NCBI GenBank assembly: GCA_013265495.1
Contig: MU058226.1
Location: forward strand, 644,741-708,740
Direction: 5' to 3'
DNA: 64,000 nt
Origin: Vicugna vicugna
Lineage: Eukaryota
Part shown: positions 37,581 through 53,800 of the stretch, one piece after another
How positions within the stretch are numbered: position 1 is the stretch's first letter
How the letters are laid out: the number at the start of each line of letters is the position of its first letter
The notes under the pieces: model-generated
Told to the model about the DNA's origin: nothing
What the model saw: only the letters and a program-made list of their open reading frames with translations
Database searches by the model: none
Translations under genes and position numbers: made by a program

Positions 37581-40260
37581 CCTGAACTGCGCCTCTGTGG
37601 CTGGAAAACAAGATGCCTGGATCCCAGATGTGGCTGAGACCTAGAAGGCAAAGAATAGTATTCTTGAGAAAGGAGAGTTCAAGGTGAAAATATAAAGGCT
37701 GGAGCTTCTAGGAACGTGGGTCTCATAAGTATGTGTTCTTGAAAAGAATCTTGAGCTTGGAGGGTGGGAAACTGGATGCCGGGCTCTTTAAGCTTCCTCC
37801 ATGCGATGTTGTTGCCTCTTTCTTTATCATGAAAGAGCTACATGGGCCTTTATAGCTTCATCTGGGTCAGGGAGGGGTTGGAAATTTGACTTGTTTTTCT
37901 GCCAACTGTGAGCAAGTAACAAAACAATACTGAGTCTGGGAAGGAATAGACTGGGGGTCAAGAGGAAGGTGAGAAAGGAGAATGACATGATCACACTAGG
38001 CAGGGCACTGGGCTGGGTTTGAGGAGGAAGTAGAACTGAATAAGGAGATCAAGTTTGTCAGAGTGGAAGGGACCCACCCCTGAGGCAGGGATGGGACCAG
38101 AAACCTGTTATAGTTCAAAACTTTGTTTCCGGGGCAGGAAGTCCTGTGTGCCTGCTTTAGCATGGAATAAGCCCTAACAGACCTAACTGAGGGGGCAGGA
38201 CCCCACATTTCTGAGTCAAAGAAAAATATAAGATGTCAAAGAGAGCAATAACTAGGGAGCTGGGGTCCTGGGATCCAGGCAGAAGAAGACAGTGCATTGC
38301 TGAGCATGTAGTAGGCACTCAACAATGCACGTTGACTAAACAGGGAAAGAGATCCATGGGTAATGTGTCATCTTTGGGGTCTTTGGGGCATAGAGCTGAG
38401 GGTGGGGGAGAGTGTTGAATATGTGGGAACAAGCCACCTGCTACACTCATAGCAGCTAAAGGGGTGGTATAGGGACCTCTTCTGATTCTCAACCATAGGG
38501 GTTCCCCTCTTATTTCTTTTCAGAGGAATGCATGGGAGCTTTTCCTCCCTGGGATCATTCAGATGTTCCTTCTCATCAGCCTTAATGCAGCATCTCTCTG
38601 TAGGCTATCCCATGGGCACCACATTAGGAGATTTCAAGTCTGTTGGGAGAGGGAGATACATAGTCCAAGTCCTCTGGGAACTTGGGTCTGGACACAGATA
38701 TAGCAGCAGAAAGGACACACAGTCAGCTAAATGAGCGTGACTGAACAGACCCAAATGAGTGGAGAGTTTGGGGAGTTAACAGAAAAGCCTTCTTGCAGCC
38801 AGGGTGAGGGGCGTAGGATTGATGGGAGTTCCAGTGACAGTCTGTATGACCAAAGGCAGCTGTCTCCATTCCCTGTCAACAAAGAGAAACTTCGTGGAAG
38901 AAGCGACATCTCAGGTAATTTATTTATAGGTGAACGGGCATCCCCATTATGTAAGACCTGCTAGAAAGAAACTGGCAAGCAGAAGGTGGCTAGAGACATG
39001 AAGGAGCTTGGAATAAGTGAATCTGAGAATCAGGAGGGATGGGGTGTGCTAGGAAAGGCTACATGCTGATGTGCCTAGCGTCTGTGATCGGCAGCTCCTG
39101 AGGCTGAGATGTGAGGGGGCAGTGACAGGTGGCGGCCTGGACTCCCAGCAACCCTATTCTGTGGCTGTAAAGCCAACAGCATTCTAAGAAAGAAAACTTT
39201 TCTTCCCTCTAAAATTATTTGGAGGCAGAGGTCCTGAATTCAGATCAAGATTTTACCTTTTAGAGTTATCCTAAAAATTTTTACACGCATACTTACCAGT
39301 CTGAATGTAATTAATATCTTTACCCTCCTTCAAAACAATACAAGGACCTTGGAACACTTTTCATTCTGATTATCTGTCTCCCAACTGATACCCTAACATT
39401 ACTGAGTATATTAATTCTATCTTTTTTTTTTTAACTTCATGAGAGATCATTGCCGTCTGCTCACACACCATTAAGAACATAGTCATACGGCTGCAAGAGA
39501 AATACAGTCCCTTGCTGGGCGGACGTGCTCAACTAAAACTTGGGAATTCCATTGTTAAAGATGGAGAAGGGATACTAGTAGACAATCACAAAGCTACGAC
39601 AATACCTAGTTTTTTTTTTGTGGATCTGATCTTGCTGTCTGTTCTGTTTTGTTTTGTTTCTTACTAGCTTTCACTCATGGTGCCTCGTTTGTGATTAGAG
39701 ATTTATGACTATAAATTTATTTTTCTTGAATTATTATCTGTATAAGTCTTTTGAAACCTGAGATGAAGGTCTGATCTTCCACAGAGAATTTGCGTGTTTT
39801 TACTAAGCATATGGAGACAATCCCATTTGAGGATTACTTTAAATTAAATTATAAGCTTGAAGTCTTTTGAATTACCCAGATTGCATGATTTGGGGCTGCA
39901 AACTCTGTAGAGTATTGTGGTTACAAGTTATTTCTCAAGATGTACTTCCTCCATTCTTCCTTCCCATGCACGGAGTTTAGAGACAGGCAGTTTGCTTGCA
40001 TTTCCTGGGAGGAGGGATAGGTTTGTTTTTATTTTACACTCTCCCTGAACGTCTCAGATTTATGTGAAGGTCTGTTACAAGAGTCCTCACCTGGGCTGGT
40101 CCAACTGAGGCTGTGCTTCCTAAAACTTAAGTTCACTGGTTTGACAAAATTTGGCTTGAGTACTACACTTACCTCCTTGGGTTCCTACCTTAACTTAGTG
40201 TTTCCTTTCAGCATTCCTTATTTTCTTGTCAAATCATTGACACATTTAAGAAGAATTGAA

Positions 40261-40442
40261 AAAAAAAAAAGCCTGGTTTTTCTCACTTCACCTTTAAAGG
40301 GTTTAAAATTGTTTCATATCTGGTCAAGTTGAGATTTTTAAGAACTTTATTTTTAATTTTTAATAAAAGTTTACAGCTTGGTTTTTTTTTTTAAAGTCAG
40401 CAATCTGCAAGCACCTGTTAATAAAGGTCTTAAATAATGAAA
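40261..40442 (+). pseudogene. YBX1: 5'-truncated processed-pseudogene fragment, YBX1 3'UTR end
   Basis: gcctggtttttctc...catatctggtcaagttgagatttttaagaact...gcaagcacctgttaataaaggtcttaaataat matches the recalled YBX1 mRNA 3' end. AATAAA, a short A-tail and TSD aagaagaatt (40248-40257 and 40443-40452) are present. Confidence 0.75.
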
Positions 40443-41849
40443 AAGAAGAATTTTTAGTTTTTCAGTATATTTTAAGTCAATACACCTAGAGCCAGAAATT
40501 TAAGTTCTTATTAGATTGCTTTGAGAAATAAATGATGGTGTATTTACAGGCACAGCACAGCGGCACATAAAAACATGCAATAATAAAGGACAAAGGAAAA
40601 GCGTAAATATACAGATGCCAAGTGTGTTTTGAGATTTTAACAGTAGCGCATCCCAGTGGTTTTCTCCTTACTTGTCATATAGCATTTGGAAAAGACAAAG
40701 AAGTAGGGAGGAAGAATCTTCCCAAAGATAAAGGAGACCTGGAGGGCACTGAGTAAGTCAAAGATGGCTTTCTATCTACCCAGTTTGTATGATTTGAACT
40801 TACAGACCCAAATGAAGAATGTCATGCAAATTCTCAGGGAGGTTTTTTTTTTTTAACACCCCCCTCCATTCAGTGTCAAGTTTAGAGCCAGACATTTGTC
40901 TCAGTCACCGATGTGCGTGGTGGGCAATACAATTTTATTCTAGTTTAACCATACACTGAAGCGTTAACCCTTTTAGATTTCAGCTTTCTTTAGAGTCTCC
41001 TGTTAGGCTCCGCCCCTTATGCAGATCCTGGAATTTGTCTCCTATACCCTAAGTGCTAAGAAGCTGTGAGAAGATAAGCTTAAATTCACCAGATTTGGCA
41101 AATACCCTCTTTATGAAGGTTGGATCAGATTTCTCCTTCATCCTCTCAGTCTCTGCCTTCTCTTGACTATTGATCTAAGTGTTACTTACTATCTACCCAG
41201 CTGACTGATACAGGTACAAAGATTTTTTTCAGTATTTTATCCAGCAATTTTTGTTCCTTTCATTAAGAGGGGTGGTTAGTGTATCCTTTCCACTATATTG
41301 CCAGAAAAGTGGAAGTTCTCAAAAGATTGTTTTGAAGTTACAAATTTCAGAATCGTTAAATGGTAGTGTATTTAAAGTTACCTAGTACAATGCTTAGCAC
41401 CTAGTAAACACTCAGTACCAAAGAGAAAAAGGAGGGAAAAGAATGCCCAAACAGATAAACAAGGAAACAGGTCATCCTGCTACCACAAATAGTATGAGTT
41501 GTTTTGGGTTTTTTTGTGTTTGGGGGATTTGTTTGTTTGTTAAGTTCTAATAATATCATCTTTCCTCCTACTGGTCTTAGTGTGTCCTGAGGAAATAAAA
41601 AAGAATTCCCAAGTGAAAAGGGCACAGGTTATTATTACTTGCACATTAGGAGTGCAAAGAGGAATTGTTCTGGTCACTGTGACTTCCTAAGAGGTAAGCT
41701 CAGGGAGTATCTTTACTTGAGCTATCCCAACCTGATGAGGCTACAGATCTCCTCCAGAAACACTCTTTGTTTTTCTGGCTGCCCTGTTAGTCAAACCCTC
41801 TGTGACCTCTATTCTCTGGTTCTTTTCTTGACCTTGCTGATGATCATTT

Positions 41850-46170
<4,321 letters not shown>

Positions 46171-46196
46171 AAAATTAGTTTTGGTCTTAGATTAGA

Positions 46197-46402
46197 GCAA
46201 GGGTTGGCGAACTTTTCCTGTAAAGGGTCAGATGATAAATTTTTAAGATATTTGATCACAGTCTCTCTCATAATTATGCAAAGTAGCTGGAAAGCAGCTG
46301 TAGATGTGCACAAGTAGGTGTGGCTGTGCTCCAATAGGACTTTATTTGGGAAAAGAGACAGCAGACAAGACTTAGCTTATGAAGTATAGTTTGCAACCGC
46401 TG
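46197..46402. mobile_element. MER58-like DNA transposon
   Basis: gggttggcgaacttttcctgtaaagggtcagat...tagtttgcaaccgctg. Confidence 0.7.
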
Positions 46403-49013
46403 GACCAGCGGTCAGTATATTGAAGACGAAGTGGTGATGTCAGAGGTGGCCTTGTGGGGGTTGGGGGTGGGGTCCCCATTTACCTGCATCTGGGACATGA
46501 AGAACCTTCCCCACTCCCCCAAACACACACCCTTTGAGCTCCAGTGCTCCATTTTGATCCTTGAGGCCTTGGTTGGGTTGGATATTTTGCTTTATTTTGT
46601 TTTGGTTTTTATTTATGTATGTATGTATTTTTATTGAAGGGTAGTAGGTTTACAACATTGTGTTAATTTCTGTTGTACAGTGTAGTGTTTCAGTTATGTA
46701 TATAAGTATATATATTCCTTTTCATATTATTTTTATAAGATATTGAATATAGTTCCCTGTGCTATACAGTAGAACCTGGTTATTTTGGTTTGGTTTGGTT
46801 ATTTTTAAATTAAGGTTTTTAAATTAGGGTTCAGCCTGGGGAAATTCAATGGTTAGAGGCTGGGGTTGGGGGTTATCTGCTTTCTGTCCAGGGTGAGTGA
46901 CACTCCTGTCCTGGCAGCTGCCTCATGCTGAGTCCCATCTGCCCAGATAACTAAAAACTGGGCAGCCTCCTCCTTTTTCCTATGGCACTCCAGTGCTCTT
47001 CTGGAACCCAGGTGTCCTTCTCTGCCTCAAGGCTTTCTCTCCAGGGATATAAATCTGAGGTCCCACTGGCACCTGTGTGCCTCCTTTCTGGGCAGAGCAG
47101 ATCTCTAGTGGGAGATTCAGAGACTCTTGGTCTGAGGGCCCTCCTGGCAGATAATTCAGTGACAAGAGTGTCCAGATTAGGATTATTGTCCAGGATGGGC
47201 CTCCAGCTTTCCCACAGATAGCTACCCACAGCCCTGCTAGTTGCTTCTGGCAGGAGTTAAGGTTGGAATGCCTGTGGAAAACTAGAGTGCCTTCCCGATC
47301 AGTGAAGACGCTGATGCCACCCTCCTCTGGTCAGAGTGACAGCTGAGGCTACGTGGATGATGGGCAGTGGTCCTGCTGGGACTGACACCTGGGCCCTGAA
47401 GCAGGGCTGGTGTCCTACTGTGAAATGGGATATGGCAGATGCCCGTAGATATTGGGTTTAATTCTTTAGAGTCTGGTTTTATACTATGTGGTACTGCCTT
47501 GTGAAAACTCTTACTGAATTATTTAATTCTCCTGTCTCTGTGTCTCAGATGGGAGCTGTGTCTTATCCTTCTTTGTAGTCCTCAACAAAATATATAAAAG
47601 GTGCTTAGAAATACTTGCTTGTGAATTAACACATTTCCTCCTCATTGGGTCACCATGCAAATGAGCCCAGCATGAACTCAGGCTGGCTCTTCTAATGATG
47701 CTTTACTTTGTAAATAGTGTATACTTTATTATAAAAAGACCAATAGATAGAAAGAAGCTATCTGTCATCATTTGATTCTCCCTTTTCCCTCTACCCAACC
47801 AGTAGTAGGTGAAAGGGCTTTAACAAATTGGAGAGAAAATCCAGAAAATGTACACAGATGAAATGTCTCTGGGGAAAAATACCAGAATCTGGGATGAAGG
47901 CATGAGGGGAGAGGACAGGGGCAATAGAGAAGACTCCTACAGGAAAAAGCCAAGACTTTGGGGCTTTGGAGGAAGAGACAGGAAAATAAATGATGCGTGG
48001 GAAACACCCTCAGGGAAGGTCTGGGATGGGGATCTATGCATGAGACTGCAGGCCAACAAAAATCCCTCCCTGCGTGCCCACCCACCACCCACCAGTCAAA
48101 CCCACAGGAAGCCCACTGTAGACATTTAGAAAAACTAAGGGATTCAGGAGGAAGAGGGAAGAGCCATCTGGGTGAGAGATATTTATGATCTTTTCTGGAA
48201 TTCTCCTGGGATTGGAGAGGGTGGAAAGGAAAATAAATCTTTTCTCCTTGGATCCTATTTAAAAAAAAAAAACCAAAAAGTCACTAAAGGGGATAGGAAG
48301 GGATAAATTAGGGGTTCGAAATTTGCACCTCTTGGGGAGTGATGGAAATTTTAGGTATCTTGATTGTGGCGGTGGTTTCATAGGTGTATACATCTATCAA
48401 AAGTCATCAAATTGTACATTTGAAATATATGTAGTTTATTGTACAGGAATTATAGCACAATAAAATTGTTAAAAAAAAAAAAAGAACAAAACAAAAAGTC
48501 AGGGGCCCTGGAAACTCAGAGATAAGCCTGTTTACACACAAACTCTAAGTGATGGTAGGTGGAGATAATATAGGTTGGTCCTGAAACCCAGGGGCTCTGT
48601 CTTCCATCTCCCCCTGCCCATAATCCTGATTCAGTCAGGCCTGGGGCATTGCTTTCTAAGGCTCCCCAAAATCCCTTCACTGCGCCACCTCTCACAGGAC
48701 TCAGAGCCTGTATTTGTCCCCACCTCATGTATCTATCAGACATCTTTTCATTTTCAGATCATCATCTTCTACAGAGAATACTTGCTTGTATTACTCATTC
48801 TTTCTTTTTTTATACTCCAAACACACACCCTTTTTGCTTATCCCTTCATCCCTTGACCAGTTTCAATAAGAACACAGCAGTTGAAGGGTTAATGTGTTAA
48901 CTGTCAGTACTTTGCCCTTCCTGGAGTCAAGGAAATAGGAATTGTGGGTCTAATCTTCCATCTAGGAAAGAGACAGGGCATGGAAGAGCTGAGGGTGGGC
49001 GATTTCTGAAGGA

Positions 49014-49154
49014 TCATCGTGGGGAAGGGGTCTTTCCAAGAGTCTGCTGCTCCATCAAGTGGACTGGGTAGGAATTGTGGCCGCCATAATACTCTGGGTC
49101 ATTGTCCTCAGTGTTCTGGATCTGTGCACTGTGTGTTCCCCTCAAAGAGCAGAA
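49014..49154 (-). CDS. MUCL3: MUCL3 exon 3, cytoplasmic tail
   Basis: Acceptor ctcctctcacag|, then FCSLRGTHSAQIQNTEDNDPEYYGGHNSYPVHLMEQQTLGKTPSPR*. This matches the recalled human tail ...GGPNSYPVYLMEQQNLGMGQIPSPR. Spliced product is ~460 aa. Confidence 0.88.
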   Translation of the reverse strand, partial: FCSLRGTHSAQIQNTEDNDPEYYGGHNSYPVHLMEQQTLGKTPSPR

Positions 49155-49658
49155 CTGTGAGAGGAGAAAAGAGGAATGAGTACCATCTGCCATGCTGTTT
49201 GCTTTCCTCAACACCCATCTCAGGTCCTTTGATTCTCTTCTCCCGGACCCTGGGAACTTTGGCTTACTGCTTCCCCAAGATTCCATCCAAACCTTGATCC
49301 TTATTCCAGCCCCAGATCCAATACACTGAGTCCCAAACTTTATCTGCAATTTCTTCTTCTGTCTTATTTTCCCTATCCTAATATCCCCTATTCTCACACC
49401 CTAGACTCTATCTCTAACCTTCAAATTTTCCCTACTTTATACCTTTTTCTCCCAGCTACAGCTTGCTTCCTAATTTCACTTTTCATGTCCCACACATCTA
49501 TTTTCTCCCCCCATAGTTTCCACCACCACAGCCCCTCTATTACCATCCCACAAACCATATGTCTTTTCCTAGACTCATTATTCCCTCTAGTGCTGGTCCA
49601 TAACTTTTCAACTCCCTATCCCATGGGTTCACTCCCCTGGGGCATAACTCTCCCTTAC

Positions 49659-50821
49659 CAAGAAGATCAGGCCAATGAATACCAGGAGGAGAATCACACT
49701 CAACAGGACCACAACAACTATGGCCCATGCAGGGAAGGAATCATTCTCCCCCGAGCTATTCTGGTGTGGTTGGCTCTTGCTGCTAGGGGCTTCTGATGTG
49801 ATGGAAGGGGCTCCTGTGGTCCTCTTGTGGCCTGATGTGTTATTTCCTCCATGTTCCATGGGTTCTGCCGAGGCACCTGTGGTCCTCTCGTGACCTGGTG
49901 TGATCTTTCCTCCGTGTCCCGTGGGCTCTGCCGAGGCGTCTGTGGTCCTCTCGTGGCCTGGTGTGGTCTTTCCTCCGTGTCCCGTGGGCTCTGCCAAGGC
50001 GCCTGTGGTCCTCTCGTGGCCTGGTGTGGTCTTTCCTCCATGTCCCGTGGGCTCTGCCGAGGCGCCTGTGGTCCTCTCGTGACCTGGTGTGGTCTTTCCT
50101 CCATGTCCCGTGGGCTCTGCCAAGGCGCCTGTGGTCCTCTCGTGCTCTGGTGTGTTCTTTCCTCCGTGTCCCGTGGGTTCTGCCGAGGCGTCTGTGGTCC
50201 TCTCGTGACCTGGTGTGGTCTTTCCTCCATGTCCCGTGGATTCTGCTGAGGCGTCTGTGGTCCTCTCGTGGCCTGGTGTGGTCTTTCCTCCATGTCCCGT
50301 GGGCTCTGCTGAGGCGTCTGCAGTCCTCTCGTGGCCTGGTGTGGTCTTTCCTCCATGTCCCGTGGGCTCTGCCGAGGTGTTTGTGGTCCTCTCGTGGCCT
50401 GGTGTGGTATTTCCTCCATGTCCCATGGGCTCTGCCAAGGTGCCTGTGGTCCTCTTGTGGCCTGATGTGGTCTTTTCTCCATGTCCTGTGGGCTCTGTTG
50501 GGTACTCGTTGCTTGTTTCTCTTCTGATTGTTGTGCGCTTATGACAAGTTGTCTTGCTGTTGCGTGTTGTGGCTGCCTGTTTTTCAACAGATCCCGCACT
50601 TGTGCTAGTGATTGTGCGTTCATTCCGGTTACTTAGGCCTTCTTGATTGCTGGCATTTTGTTCAGAAGTCAGAGGTGCTTCAGGATGAGTTACAGAGTTT
50701 ATGGAGTTATCTTTAGCCTGGTGATGGGGTGTGGTATTGCACTGATGTTTTGGCTTACTGGATTCTGTAGCTTTAGGGAGGTCTGGAGAGCTGGTTCCTG
50801 AAGATATTCCGTCAGAATAGC
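49659..50821 (-). CDS. MUCL3: MUCL3 exon 2: mucin ectodomain with tandem repeats and TM helix
   Basis: Open frame (ORF 49629..50840) with KHQCNTT, AEPTGHGG repeats and GENDSFPAWAIVVVVLLSVILLLVFIGLIFL|gtaagg (phase 0). The 5' boundary is uncertain: the orthologous acceptor before 50896 reads AA, so the in-frame acceptor ttccttccaactccag|GC at 50821 is used here. Confidence 0.85.
49806..50498 (-). repeat. Coding VNTR of MUCL3: 11 x 63 bp (21 aa, AEPTGHGGKTTPGHERTTDAS)
   Basis: Units counted directly in the translation; internal copies are nearly identical. Confidence 0.92.
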
Positions 50822-53800
50822 CTGGAGTTGGAAGGAACAAATGAATGGATGGTGGTAATTCAGGAGTTTGCCGAGATGTTTGAAGTGTGATAACACTTGT
50901 GAAAGGAGAGAAGCGAATAAGAAACTTTCTCCATCCTCTTCCCTACTTCCCTTCTCACTTCATCTCTAGGGGTCCCTTATTACCCGAGGTGTGTCCCCCC
51001 AGCCAGTCTGTTCAGAATATTGTGATATCTAATCCCCATTCTCACCTCCAGTCCCTGGACCTTTGTTCAGGCTGTGCTTTCAGCAAGAATGCCACCCCTC
51101 TCCTCTCCATCTCTACTCTTCAGTTCTCAATTTCAGATCTTTCTACCTTTATGGCATCTTTCCACCTTTATGGCATCTTTCCTGATCTTTCCAAGCTGAT
51201 AAGATCCAGCTTCATCTCAGTGCTCAAAAAAAATTCTTTGTTAGTTACTCTTTCCTGCTACCTTCAACTTGACCTTACAGTTGTTTGTGTGCTTGTCAAC
51301 TTCTACCTCCTGTCTGGCTTATCACATTGTAAGATTTTTTTTAATTGAAGTATCATCGATTTACAATGTTGTGTTCGTTTCTGGTGTACAGCATAGTAAT
51401 TCAGACCAAATTGTAGGATTTGAATAGTACACATTGACTGGCATTTTGCTTTGCAAGTGCTCCCTTAGGGTTTATATACTTATGGAATGGAGTTGCCTTT
51501 TCCATGGCAGAGCTGAGAGGCAAGGGAATAAATATGAGAATCTCCATCTTTCCATAATATTCCAGCTCCATCCCAGATGTAACTGTGTGAGAGACTGAGG
51601 TTAAGACCTCTGGCAACACTTCCCACCGGGATTAGTAAGTAGGCACAGGGGACCAGTGAGAGGATATGAGGAGGGGTGGAGGATGCGTGGAGGAGGGGAT
51701 GGGAAACTTTCATTTTGGTGATTAAAGTTGGTCTGGATTCAGGGAAGCAGATGAGATGATTCAGCCCTTATGGTTCCCCACTGGCTCCCCCTCTTCACGC
51801 ACCTGAAGCCGTCTGGGATAGAAGAAGGTGGCCTTTCTGAAAGAAGGATATCTACCTGGGGGTCCTGGGAGGCGTGAGTGGGACAGCTGCATTCTGGGAG
51901 GGACTGGCTGTGTTTAAGGACAGGGTGTGAGGGGAACACTCCTATCGATGAACAGATATTGGCTGTAAATCCATGGAAGAACAACCAGTGGGGACAGAGG
52001 AGGTGTCTCTGATATCTAGCCCAGAGAGTGCAAGCCAGGAGATCACCGGAGAGTGAGAGAGAGACAGTGGGGTTATAGGACTGAGATTTCCAGGCTCTGT
52101 TAGCTCAAGGTGGCAACCAGAACCCAGACACACTCCCAATCCCAGGAAACCATGATATGCCCACTTCCCTGCTGACAGGGAGGGTTGAGGGTTGCGGAAC
52201 TCAGTCCTTGAAAGAAACACAAGTGGGATGAGAAGAGGGTGAGGGTGGGAGAGAAGTCCAAGTCTCTAATGGGATTCGAGGTTGGGGAGAAAGAGGAGGG
52301 CTGAACTGCCAGGTCCTCACTTCACCGGGCCAGTTCCATTCTCTAATTCCTTAGGCAGCAGTACCGACAAGGGCCATCACTTCTTGGGCCCCTTCTCTGG
52401 GTCAGATGCTCGACTGGGTTGCCCCACAGTTGTCCTCTTTCTGGGTTGTCCTCTCGGGGTACTGACTTCCCAGCTCCCCATGAGGTACTTTAGAAGCTGT
52501 CAACTTCCCTATTTTATAGCCAAGAAACTTGAGTTTCATGGAGAAATGGTGACTTGCACACAATCCCACAGCCACAACCATGGCTGACCTTTCTGGAACA
52601 CTCACTGTGAGACAAACAGGTCCTCAGGAGGAGGACGTATATTAACTCATTTACTTTTCACAACACCCCTTTGAGGTAGAGAACTATTTGTTAGTCTCCC
52701 CTTTTTATAGACGAGGAAACAAGGTTCAGAGAGGTTAAGTAATCTCCCCAAAGACACCCAGCAAGTAAGAGGTTGAGCCACAACTTGGAACACACATTCC
52801 GGGCTCCCAGGGCCAGGTTTTTACTGGTTAAGACCACACTATACATTCTATAGGTCAAGTGTGTTTTATTCATCGCTATGTCTCCAGTGCAGAATGTCTG
52901 GTCCATAGGAGGCACTTCATAAATATTTGTTGAATGGATGAATGAGAGAGAATATTTTAAGACTGGTGAAAACTCTTCAGAAGCCATGCCAACAACTTTT
53001 TGTTATGCACATTAAGTAAAATCAAGCATAACTGTGACCACCAAAGATTGGAAGACCAAGGGGTAACTTCTGCTGTGTTAAGTAATTGAGTCCCTGAGAT
53101 GAAAAGAAGTTGGAAGAAGGTTTCTAACCCACCGGTTTTGGGCTATTGGTTGTTATTTAACCATAGGAACCACACAGTCAATAATTAGACTCAGATAACT
53201 AGATCTTGGAATTCTAGATCTGCATCACATGGTTGTGGATCCATCAATTAGAAAATCTGGAGTCAAAACTCAAGGAGTCCTTGGTCCTGAGCTATGAAGC
53301 AAGTCAGTGACTAAACTCCCAGGATGAGAGGACCATCTCTCTCCCCAGGAGATCTACCATTGGTAGCAACTTTATTTTCCTAGGAAATTCTCACCATGAG
53401 CTGTTCATTCCCCTAACTACAACAACGGTCTGAAAAAAACCTTTTTGGTCACTTTTTGGCAGAGAAGAAAATCTGGTTTTAGCATAAGACACTGGAGGTG
53501 GATGCCTAGCCTGGATGAAAGAATGGAAACAAATCTCACAACATCGAAACTATATACAATTCCAAAGGCCTCTTCAATCTGCTTTATTCACTCATTTGAA
53601 AAGAAGATGGACATCCTGCTAAGTGACTTGTGCCTTGGGGTTTCTGTCAGAGCAGTCTCACTTTAGAAGAGCGTTTCTGGTGTTTCTTGGTGTCCTGCCC
53701 TTCAAAAATGACTTACTCCATTTGCAAAAATTAAATGCTTGCTAAAATGTCCATACAGTGTAAGTTCAATATGTGACCTAAATCACAGACAGAGTCAAAA

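Noticed and set aside
49675..50623. Long overlapping ORFs in other frames and on the + strand across the MUCL3 repeat
   Set aside because: By-products of a stop-poor 63-bp tandem repeat. Only one frame links to the signal, TM and tail exons.
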